A DNA stretch of 64,000 nt from Planctomycetales bacterium (GTDB lineage Bacteria; Planctomycetota; Phycisphaerae; SM23-33). The position numbers and the translations under genes are program-made. The stretch lies in assembly GCA_030612725.1 (NCBI GenBank), contig JAUWNJ010000011.1, positions 14,996 through 78,995 of the forward strand. Reading direction: 5' to 3'. Position 1 is the first letter of the stretch. Every line of letters begins with the position of its first letter. A model generated the notes under the pieces. That model worked only from the letters and a program-made list of their open reading frames with translations. It was not told where the DNA came from and made no database searches. This document shows positions 28,537-35,737 of the stretch, in pieces.

Positions 28537-30126
28537 ATGTCAGTTACGTTTTCAAAGATAAACGCCTCGGCAGCAACTCTTACGAAGAATCGAACGGAAG
28601 GTTCCGTTTCGCCGGCATCGGGTATGTGCACAACCTGCGTGGACGGATGCATCGGCATGTGCGAGATCGGCAAGAGCGCCTATCGCGGACACGAGGTTAT
28701 TTATCCGCAACCGTTCGGCGTGATAACCACTGCCGCCGAGAAGACCTATCCCATCGATTACTCCCACTTTAACATCATGGGAACGGCAGTCGGCGCGCAC
28801 GGTATCGAGGCCGACAGCGATAAAGCCGTCTTCCCCGCCGTTAATCTGGAAGTCGCCTTCGGCCACGACAAGGGACTGAAATTCCGTCTTCCGTGGATCA
28901 TTCCGGGGATCGGCTCGACGAATATCGCCAAGAACAACTGGGAAGGTCTGGCCATCGGGTCTGCTCTGGCGGGGACCGGTCTGACCATCGGCGAGAACGT
29001 CGTCGGTATGGACCACGAGTCCGTCATCAAAGACGGTCAGATAATTGATACGGTCGATCTGAAGCGCCGCGTAAAGCTTTACAAGGATAATCAGCGCGAC
29101 GGTTACGGCGCTATTGTTTTGCAGGCGAACATTGAGGACACGCGGCTTGGCGTGCAGGAATACGGCATTGAAAAACTCGGCGTTGAGTGCGTGGAGCTCA
29201 AATGGGGTCAGGGCGCGAAAGACATCGGCGGCGAAGTGAAAATCGCAGACCTCAAAAAGGCCCAGATGCTTTACGACCGCGGCTACATTGTAATGCCGAA
29301 TCCGACCGATCCTGACGTTATCAAGGCCTTCGAGCATGGCGCGTTCAAGGAGTTTGAGCGGCATTCGCGCGTTGGTATGGTTACCGAAGAAGCGTTCGCC
29401 AGGCGAGTTGAGGAATTGCGAAGCGCAGGCGCAAAATACATCTTCCTCAAGACCGGCGCGTATCGGCCTGCGGATTTGGCGCGAGCGGTCTTGTTCGCCT
29501 CACGTTACAAACTCGACCTTCTTACCGTCGATGGCGCAGGCGGTGGCACGGGCATGAGTCCCTGGCGAATGATGAATGAATGGGGCGTCCCGCCCGTCGA
29601 ACTGCACTCGCTTATGTATCAGTACGCCAAGCGATTCGCCGACAAGGGCGAGCACGTGCCCGCACTCGCTCCAGCCGGTGGCTTTGTCTTCGAGGATCAA
29701 ATTTTCAAAGGTCTGGCCATGGGCGCGCCGTTCACGAAACTTATCGGCATGGCCCGTGCTCCTCTCGCCGCGGCAATGGGCGGCAAGACAATCGGACGCA
29801 CAATCGACGACAACCAGGTTCCGGTGTACATTGAACGCTTCGGTAATTCGAAGGATGAAATCTTCGTAACCGCAAGCGAGTTGCGCAAGGAACTGGGGGA
29901 CAAAGAGTTCGAGAAATTGCCGACCGGCGCGTTGGGGCTTTATACCTATTACGAACGCCTTGCCCAGGGCTTGCGTCAGATAATGGCCGGCAGCCGGAAA
30001 TTCGCCCTGGAGCACATAGCAAGAGGCGACCTGGCGGCACTGACGCGCGAGGCGGCACAGGTTAGCGGAATAACCTATATCACGGATGTGGACAAGGAAG
30101 AGGTTGAGACAATTCTTAACGGATAA
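28537..30126 (+). CDS. glutamate-synthase-related FMN (GltB central domain-like, TIM barrel) oxidoreductase
   Basis: 529 aa. N-terminal Cys cluster CTTCVDGCIGMCEIG. It is collinear with stand-alone GltS FMN-domain proteins (LELKWGQGAK-like ELKWGQGAKDIGG, and DGAGGGTG). Good RBS (gaaggag). Confidence 0.75.
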   Translation: MSVTFSKINASAATLTKNRTEGSVSPASGMCTTCVDGCIGMCEIGKSAYRGHEVIYPQPFGVITTAAEKTYPIDYSHFNIMGTAVGAHGIEADSDKAVFPAVNLEVAFGHDKGLKFRLPWIIPGIGSTNIAKNNWEGLAIGSALAGTGLTIGENVVGMDHESVIKDGQIIDTVDLKRRVKLYKDNQRDGYGAIVLQANIEDTRLGVQEYGIEKLGVECVELKWGQGAKDIGGEVKIADLKKAQMLYDRGYIVMPNPTDPDVIKAFEHGAFKEFERHSRVGMVTEEAFARRVEELRSAGAKYIFLKTGAYRPADLARAVLFASRYKLDLLTVDGAGGGTGMSPWRMMNEWGVPPVELHSLMYQYAKRFADKGEHVPALAPAGGFVFEDQIFKGLAMGAPFTKLIGMARAPLAAAMGGKTIGRTIDDNQVPVYIERFGNSKDEIFVTASELRKELGDKEFEKLPTGALGLYTYYERLAQGLRQIMAGSRKFALEHIARGDLAALTREAAQVSGITYITDVDKEEVETILNG

Positions 30127-30332
30127 AACCCCCGTGTGGTGTTTTATCTTACATGTGCAGGTTGGCCCTGTTTACGACTTGACGGGAGGGACATGCAGAC
30201 TTCCTTGACCGTAACACCATCAGGCGATAGATTGCTCTTTGGTTGGCGGCCAGCGTGAAGATCTGCGGCGACTGAGTGATAACGGTCAAGGGCGGCTTGA
30301 GAGGTCAATAATATCGTTCTACTGTGCAGGCC

Positions 30333-30458
30333 GGTTGTCGTCCAGTGGCAATATCGGTCCCCATTGAAAAAATGTCCTTGACGCAACTATCTATGTGAAA
30401 AAGACTTAATCTGATAATGGTAGGGTGTCCGAGTGGCTGAAGGATCCGGTCTTGAAAA
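30333..30458 (+). repeat. 126-bp direct repeat, copy 2 (upstream region plus 5' half of the intact tRNA-Ser)
   Basis: See 17672-17797. This copy continues into a complete tRNA. Confidence 0.85.
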
Positions 30459-30505
30459 CCGGTGTGGGCGCAAGTCCACCGTGGGTTCGAATCCCACCCC
30501 TACCG
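30419..30505 (+). tRNA. tRNA-Ser (anticodon UGA), class II with a long variable arm
   Basis: Folded by hand: acceptor GGTAGGG/CCCTACC, D stem TCC/GGA, anticodon stem CCGGT/ACCGG with loop CTTGAAA, a 6-bp variable arm (GTGGGC-GCAA-GTCCAC), and T arm GTGGG-TTCGAAT-CCCAC. CCA is not encoded. Confidence 0.95.
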
Positions 30506-30610
30506 TTTTTTTGCGGAGGTTTCCGCCTCCGTCAGACCAGCGAGGCCGGGACGAAATTCCGCTTCATATCTGATTTGCCGAAATAATAATTACCTCGTCG
30601 GCGTGAAGTG

Positions 30611-31855
30611 TTACAGAACGCAGTTGCAACGTCCTATGCAGTCCGTCAACCCCGCTGCCTGCCAAATGCGATGTTCTTCGAGGCAAAGGGCCAGTGCCAG
30701 ATCGGGGCGGATTTCCCGCGCGATGCGAATCACGTGGCCATACATTCGCGCTCTGATGTCGCTTTTGTAACGAAGTCGTCCGTCCGGTGATGTTGACTGT
30801 CTACGGGTTAAGTCCGATACGTCATTGGCCTTGCCCCACTTGCGTTCCATCAGATGCGAGGCGTTCCTGTAACTACAGATTCCACCAAGTGTCAAACGCT
30901 CCAGCCTCACCGCCCCCAGTAGCCGGCGAACGAAATCGGCATAGATGTCCTCCCAATTTTCAACCGGGATCATGGGCATCATTACCGCACGGATGGGGTA
31001 TCCGTACTCTACGCACCGCTGCATCGCATCGAAACGATCATCGACAGATGGGACGTTCTCTTCCGAACGCTGAACCACTTCGGGGGGATTGATGCTCCAG
31101 GAAAGGATTGTGTGCCCCCCGTGATCCAGGCCGAGCAGGCGAGTTACATCGGCGCTCTTGGTAAGAATGATTTGTCTGGCATATCGGTGCCGGGCAAAGA
31201 AAGGCGTCAGTATCGTGGAATAGGCGGTCAAAGGATCGAGCGCCAAACCGTCCTGGAGTTTCCCCAGGTAGAAGGCGGTGGGTTCAGCCAGGCGGTTCGC
31301 GGTCGCGTCGATCTTTTGGATAATCTCGGGAAGGTTGACGTAAATCTTGACCGTCGGCGAGAACCACACTCCCGGCGTGCCGGCCAGGTAACAATACTTG
31401 CATCCATAGGGGCAAAAGGAATATGGCGAGAAGTGCCAGTAGTTTGGGCAGGTGTTTTGCTCCTCGCTGCTGAACCGGACTGAATCACCGAGTTCCCCGA
31501 AAACAAGTGTCCGTTTGCCTTTTCGATGGCGGGCCAGCGGGTCCGGCTCGCCAAGGTCGATCTTGTTGTGAGGGGTGTCCAGACGCTCGGCTACCTCGGC
31601 ATCGCCGAAGCACCGGCAGATACGCTCAACAAATTGCTTTCGGTCATCAGAAGACAGACTGCCCTTGCTAAGATAGATACGCTCCGGGTGAAAATGCTCG
31701 GGTACGACAGGCTGATAATCCACCGGAAGCCGAGGTTCCGGCTTACTCGCATCGATAAAAGATAGTTGCTGATACACTGTCGAAGCCCCACGGTTTGCTG
31801 TTAGATTATGTCGTGAGTTCCAACCGTACGGAGCATCACGTTCCCTTCGTCCCAT
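30611..31855 (-). CDS. radical SAM protein, spore-photoproduct-lyase-like (COG1533 DNA-photolyase-like family)
   Basis: The CPYGCKYCY motif is the CxxxCxxC radical SAM cluster. The surrounding pattern (NYWHFSPYSFCPYGCKYCYLAG) and overall length fit SPL-like proteins. The start is uncertain: the ORF opens with GTG at 31897, ATG at 31855 overlaps the toxin gene by 55 nt, and GTG at 31777 would avoid the overlap. Confidence 0.65.
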   Translation of the reverse strand: MGRRERDAPYGWNSRHNLTANRGASTVYQQLSFIDASKPEPRLPVDYQPVVPEHFHPERIYLSKGSLSSDDRKQFVERICRCFGDAEVAERLDTPHNKIDLGEPDPLARHRKGKRTLVFGELGDSVRFSSEEQNTCPNYWHFSPYSFCPYGCKYCYLAGTPGVWFSPTVKIYVNLPEIIQKIDATANRLAEPTAFYLGKLQDGLALDPLTAYSTILTPFFARHRYARQIILTKSADVTRLLGLDHGGHTILSWSINPPEVVQRSEENVPSVDDRFDAMQRCVEYGYPIRAVMMPMIPVENWEDIYADFVRRLLGAVRLERLTLGGICSYRNASHLMERKWGKANDVSDLTRRQSTSPDGRLRYKSDIRARMYGHVIRIAREIRPDLALALCLEEHRIWQAAGLTDCIGRCNCVL

Positions 31856-32064
31856 GTGAAGGTTATGCGCAGTGACCGGCTGGCTCTGATATACCACATC
31901 CCTCTTGATTTTGGTGAGAGTTTGCTCGTCTGAAGGCTTGGATGATAGGAATTCTCGGCAAACATGCGAATAGCGGTTTCAACCCGATCTTGATCTACTC
32001 TGGACAGTTTTTTGAAGCGCTTCTTGAAATGGGACGTGCGCCTTATCCGCATCGGCCGGGCCAC
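31801..32064 (-). CDS. type II toxin, RelE/ParE-superfamily mRNA interferase-like
   Basis: 83-87 aa (GTG at 32064 or ATG at 32052). SHFKKRFKKL ... HPSL ... WYIRASRSLRITF ... VMLRTVGTHDII is the RelE/StbE-type pattern. It directly follows a small acidic-tailed ORF. Confidence 0.7.
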   Translation of the reverse strand: MARPMRIRRTSHFKKRFKKLSRVDQDRVETAIRMFAENSYHPSLQTSKLSPKSRGMWYIRASRSLRITFTWDEGNVMLRTVGTHDII

Positions 32065-32403
32065 CTAGGACCGAAGGTCTCTAATCAGATCGTCCACGTT
32101 GTCGAAGGTGGCAACTCGGCCCGCCTCAATGTCAGCATCAGCTTCGGCCTCGGAGGCTTGATGTTCCTTTGAGAAAAACCAAGCTTCATCAGCAAGGTGG
32201 CTCCGTTCTTCCTGCACACGGCTATCCGAAGACAGATACGGCCAAGAATTCGCATGCACAGAATATGCGCGGAACATGCCTTCGCCGGCGTCTTCCTCCA
32301 CACGAAACACGTATCGCGCCGAAGATGGCTGGCCCCAAGTTTCCTTCTCGACCATTTCCTGCTCGTCAAGGCGGGTTTCTTCTAATCCTGGTATAGGTGC
32401 CAT
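32065..32403 (-). CDS. putative cognate antitoxin
   Basis: 112 aa from ATG 32403 (RBS aaaggaaa). The C-terminal SEAEADADIEAGRVATFDNVDDLIRDL resembles the tail of Phd/YefM- or RelB-type antitoxins. Its stop abuts the toxin start. The N-terminal part is not recognisable. Confidence 0.45.
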   Translation of the reverse strand: MAPIPGLEETRLDEQEMVEKETWGQPSSARYVFRVEEDAGEGMFRAYSVHANSWPYLSSDSRVQEERSHLADEAWFFSKEHQASEAEADADIEAGRVATFDNVDDLIRDLRS

Positions 32404-32436
32404 ATGTGTTTTCCTTTCTTTCAAAGTCCTCACTTT

Positions 32437-33150
32437 TTACTCGTGTTGCCCAAGAAACTCCAATGCTTCCTTCATTCCGTATTCTTCAACTTCCCTCAGT
32501 ATTCCTTCAGGGTCAATATTATCATTAGGCTCAAGCGGGTTTTCCCACCTGAATTGCGTCTCGATAAACACCTTCCCCGCGTCTTCAAAGTATGATTCTA
32601 TTTTCAGCTCGACAAAGGCGTCTTCGGGCTTTTTGTCTTCGGGCTTTTTGGGAGGCATGACGACCCGTAGGCCACCGCCTAAAACTTTACGATTGAGTAC
32701 GGAAAGTTTTTTTTCTGTTTGTCCGAGCATGCCTTCCCACAGATACTTAAATGCGTGTTCGCCTTCTGTCGGATAAAGGTGCCTTATCGCCACGTCACGG
32801 TGTACTATCTGGTACTTTCCAGGCCACGTTTTTGTGAAAGAGTTACAGGCAGCCTTTGCTTCCTTGATAAACACCTCAAGAGTCCGATTTGGTCGGGAAG
32901 CAACTATAAGAATCTGCCCAACCTGTGGCCCAACTTCGCCAACCGTGACTTGGAGCGACCCAGGATCAGATTCTCTGTTGAATATCCATTTTGTCGGATT
33001 TGACTCTTTTTTGAGAGCATTGAAAAACAGTCCTTCCTTAATCAGATTCTTTTGGAACTCGAGATGGGATTTGTCCCCAAGTTCCCGGAGAGGCGCAAGC
33101 ACGAAATTCACGCCAAAATGCAGCGACATTTTATCGTCAGTCTTTATCAT
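32437..33150 (-). CDS. hypothetical protein in a low-GC patch
   Basis: 237 aa with a long clean ORF. The codon usage is visibly more AT-rich than its neighbours. No family was recognised. Confidence 0.5.
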   Translation of the reverse strand: MIKTDDKMSLHFGVNFVLAPLRELGDKSHLEFQKNLIKEGLFFNALKKESNPTKWIFNRESDPGSLQVTVGEVGPQVGQILIVASRPNRTLEVFIKEAKAACNSFTKTWPGKYQIVHRDVAIRHLYPTEGEHAFKYLWEGMLGQTEKKLSVLNRKVLGGGLRVVMPPKKPEDKKPEDAFVELKIESYFEDAGKVFIETQFRWENPLEPNDNIDPEGILREVEEYGMKEALEFLGQHE

Positions 33151-33366
33151 CACTTACGCAAGCAACCATCTCTCAAAACCCAATCGATCTACCTCCCTGT
33201 GAGAACGTTGAAAGTAACAGGCTCCATCCACATAACCATTATAGCAACAATTCCAACAACTGGTACAAGATTTTTATCGGACGATTCTGTCCGAGTCCTT
33301 GCCTTTTAAATCAGCCGGTTCCAGTCTTACTGCTTTTGGAGTGCATAACGCATAAGGATACTATCG

Positions 33367-33594
33367 CTACTGCGGCAAGGTCTGTAGCAGTTTTTTGTCT
33401 TTGCGGCGGGACCACCATGCTGATGCTGCGGCGATTGCAATTGCCGCAAGAAATGCGCCCAGGCTGGCGGCGGTGTCTTTGGTGATGTTTTCTACGCCGG
33501 TTTTGGCGGCAAGTGCGGCGGTGGCCCAGAGGATTCCGCGTGCGAGCGTTCCGCCGAGCAGTTTTATTGCTTCAGTCTTATCCACGATTACCAA
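33367..33594 (-). CDS. small two-TM membrane protein, holin-like
   Basis: 72-75 aa (TTG at 33594, or GTG at 33585 nine nt after GGAGA). Two hydrophobic helices (GILWATAALAA; LGAFLAAIAIAAASAWW) and a basic tail RRKDKK. It is the last gene of the phage-like block. Confidence 0.5.
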   Translation of the reverse strand: MVIVDKTEAIKLLGGTLARGILWATAALAAKTGVENITKDTAASLGAFLAAIAIAAASAWWSRRKDKKLLQTLPQ

Positions 33595-33625
33595 TCTCCA
33601 AAAAAGTCTCCACGCCGTCGCAGCG

Positions 33626-33949
33626 TTAAAGCCCGGCAGCCGCGAGCGCGACTGCCAAGAGTATCCTCATCAGGGCTGTCAGTGCCGACTTCTGCAGCGC
33701 AATGCGTTCTGCGTTGCGGGCGTTCGCCTCTGTCCAATCGGCGTTCAGACTGTCCCATTCATTCAGAAGGGCGGAATTGTCCATCTTCGCCAACAGGCTG
33801 CGGTAGGCAGCCTCAATGTCGCCGACGATAAGCCGGTTGAGCCATGCCTTGAATTCGTCGCCGGTCATCGCCAGCAGCGCCGGGCCGTATTCATCGACCC
33901 AGGGCTGCAACTTTTCGGGAACCTTCGCTTTGAGTTCGTCGATGGTCAT
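33626..33949 (-). CDS. C-terminally membrane-anchored small protein (lysis-module associated)
   Basis: 107 aa. A soluble helical N-terminal part and a C-terminal TM helix LMRILLAVALAAAGL. Its ATG overlaps the upstream stop (ATGA). Confidence 0.5.
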   Translation of the reverse strand: MTIDELKAKVPEKLQPWVDEYGPALLAMTGDEFKAWLNRLIVGDIEAAYRSLLAKMDNSALLNEWDSLNADWTEANARNAERIALQKSALTALMRILLAVALAAAGL

Positions 33950-34230
33950 TTATCCTGCCCGTCCTTTCCGCTTGTGGCTTTGCCATCACGTGCATCCCTG
34001 AACTTCCGCCAGGTTTCGGACTGCTTGACGAGCGCCTCGGTCATTTCATCTTGTGTCAGCGCGCCGACCTTTGCCCGTGTAGCCGTCTCGATCGACAAGG
34101 TCGTAGTCTTGTCCAGAAGTGCCGAGTATTCGGCGTTCATGATGACGCCTGAGCATCCAGCCACGACGGGAAGGACAACCAGCACCGCCAGAAGGCACAG
34201 CACCGACAATCTCTTACTTCTGTCTTCCAT
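33946..34230 (-). CDS. small lipoprotein, o-spanin-like
   Basis: 94 aa. Signal peptide with lipobox LPVVAGC. RBS gaggag. It overlaps the preceding gene by 17 nt. Confidence 0.55.
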   Translation of the reverse strand: MEDRSKRLSVLCLLAVLVVLPVVAGCSGVIMNAEYSALLDKTTTLSIETATRAKVGALTQDEMTEALVKQSETWRKFRDARDGKATSGKDGQDK

Positions 34231-34492
34231 TTCGAATCTCCTCTTTCAGGTCCGCCATTGCCCGGCGGACGAATTGTTGCGTTTCGGCGAAACGCGTCAT
34301 AACGGCCGTATTGTGTTCGACGACTTCGATGAGTTCGCTGAGGCGTTGCTCGTCGCGGATTATCCTGCCATGGGCTTCGGTGAGTTGTTCTTCTCTGGTT
34401 CTGCTGTTTCGTCGTTCCCAAAGCCACATTCCGCCCATAAGACCGGCAGCGCCGAAACTCGCCAGGTCGCTGATAAGACTTGGGCCTAACAT
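34214..34492 (-). CDS. N-terminal TM plus coiled-coil protein, i-spanin-like
   Basis: 92 aa. TM segment ISDLASFGAAGLMGGMWLW followed by a charged helical region (EEQLTEAHGRIIRDEQRLSELIEVVEH). RBS aaaggag. Confidence 0.5.
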   Translation of the reverse strand: MLGPSLISDLASFGAAGLMGGMWLWERRNSRTREEQLTEAHGRIIRDEQRLSELIEVVEHNTAVMTRFAETQQFVRRAMADLKEEIRNGRQK

Positions 34493-34523
34493 TGCAATTG
34501 CTCCTTTTTAGAAAAGAATTTCG

Positions 34524-34625
34524 CCGCAGAGAACGCAGAGAACGCAGAGGTAAAAAAACAGATGTCATTGTTGTTTTTATTTCTTTTTATACTAAACATC
34601 TCTGCGTCCTTTGCGTTCTCTGCGG
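34524..34625. repeat. 26-bp near-perfect inverted repeat with a 50-nt AT-rich spacer
   Basis: ccgcagagaacgcagagaacgcagag (34524-34549) pairs with ctctgcgtcctttgcgttctctgcgg (34600-34625), with 2 mismatches. The arms are themselves 9-mer tandem repeats (GCAGAGAAC). It lies between the tail genes and the lysis-like genes. Confidence 0.8.
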
Positions 34626-34692
34626 TAAATTCCGTTTCTTCTGTTTCTTTCGATACATTCGCGTTTTCTGCGGTTCATTTTGTTATGGTTTC

Positions 34693-35733
34693 TTAGTTTG
34701 GCGGCGAGTCGAGGTCGAACTCGACGGTCAGTTCGCCGGAGACGGCGATAGTTTGGTATCCGGTATCGCTTCGACGTATGAGGAAGTTCTGCTCTGACCC
34801 GTCGATCATGTTCTGGACGGCGGTAACCAGGGCGGTGTTCGAGAGTTGCCCGGCTACATTGGCTGTCAGGCTCATCGCTCCGATATATGTCGCGTCGCCT
34901 GCACCCGTCCCGCCGGGCGTAGCCCATGATGCCGACGCGCTCGGGTCGTACTTGTTCCAGGTCGGCGGGTCGCCGGTAAAATCAATCGCGCGGAGACAGT
35001 GATAGATCTCGACGTTACAGGTCGTATCAGCGGTCAGTTTGATTTTTGTGGATGATCGCGCGGTAACGTTCGTCAATCCCAGAGGCGGCGAGTCGCTCGT
35101 GCGTGCGCGGACGAATCCGACGCATCGCAGTTCGTTCGTGCCGTTGTTGGCTATCGAAGAACCTATCCAGGGCGTATTTGGTAGTTGCGAGAATATCCCG
35201 CCTGAGAGATAAATCGGAAATTTCCATCGTCCGCGTCGGATGTATTCGATGGCTTGTCGAAGTTCGTTGAAATGTACTGCCCGGACGGAGGATTGTCCTG
35301 CGGTCAGCGTTACGTCGGTCCACACGCTCGTACCGTTGAGTTTGCCGAAGAATGCGACTTCGCCGCTTCCGGGGTTCATCACGACGAGAGTTTTGTTTTC
35401 GTCGGCGTCGGCGACAGGCCAAAGCCAGTCCATTCCCGCGGGCGAGGCGGGGCTTCCGCCGAGTCCTCCGATAGCCGGTTCGAGAATGTCGCTGGTAATA
35501 GACGAGCGGAAATTTTTGAACGGAGGGGGAAACTGCGTAGCGATTGTAGTAACCCAGACCGATTTACCCGCACCGATCTGCGAGGAGAAATCCTGCCCGG
35601 GCAGATACACCAGGCGTCGTCGGCGATTAGTGGCGCCGGCCTGTTCGGACGCATCGTCGTCGCGGATGGAGTGCGCTCCGGCGTCGAGTCGGCCTTGGGC
35701 GTTAGCGTTTGTCCATGTAGCGGCGTAAGTCAT
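34693..35733 (-). CDS. phage-like structural protein (distal tail/fibre region; function unassigned)
   Basis: 346 aa, part of the coupled minus-strand operon. No family was recognised. Confidence 0.6.
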   Translation of the reverse strand: MTYAATWTNANAQGRLDAGAHSIRDDDASEQAGATNRRRRLVYLPGQDFSSQIGAGKSVWVTTIATQFPPPFKNFRSSITSDILEPAIGGLGGSPASPAGMDWLWPVADADENKTLVVMNPGSGEVAFFGKLNGTSVWTDVTLTAGQSSVRAVHFNELRQAIEYIRRGRWKFPIYLSGGIFSQLPNTPWIGSSIANNGTNELRCVGFVRARTSDSPPLGLTNVTARSSTKIKLTADTTCNVEIYHCLRAIDFTGDPPTWNKYDPSASASWATPGGTGAGDATYIGAMSLTANVAGQLSNTALVTAVQNMIDGSEQNFLIRRSDTGYQTIAVSGELTVEFDLDSPPN

Positions 35734-35737
35734 AAAT

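Noticed and set aside
30506-30530. Terminator hairpin right after tRNA-Ser (cggagg-tttccg-cctccg)
   Set aside because: The T-run precedes the hairpin rather than following it, so it does not have canonical intrinsic-terminator geometry. It is left unannotated.
33395-34489. 364-aa plus-strand ORF across the lysis-like genes
   Set aside because: It is antisense to four minus-strand genes that have RBSs, coupling overlaps, and clear TM and lipobox features. The plus frame is Ala/Arg/Ser-rich without motifs.
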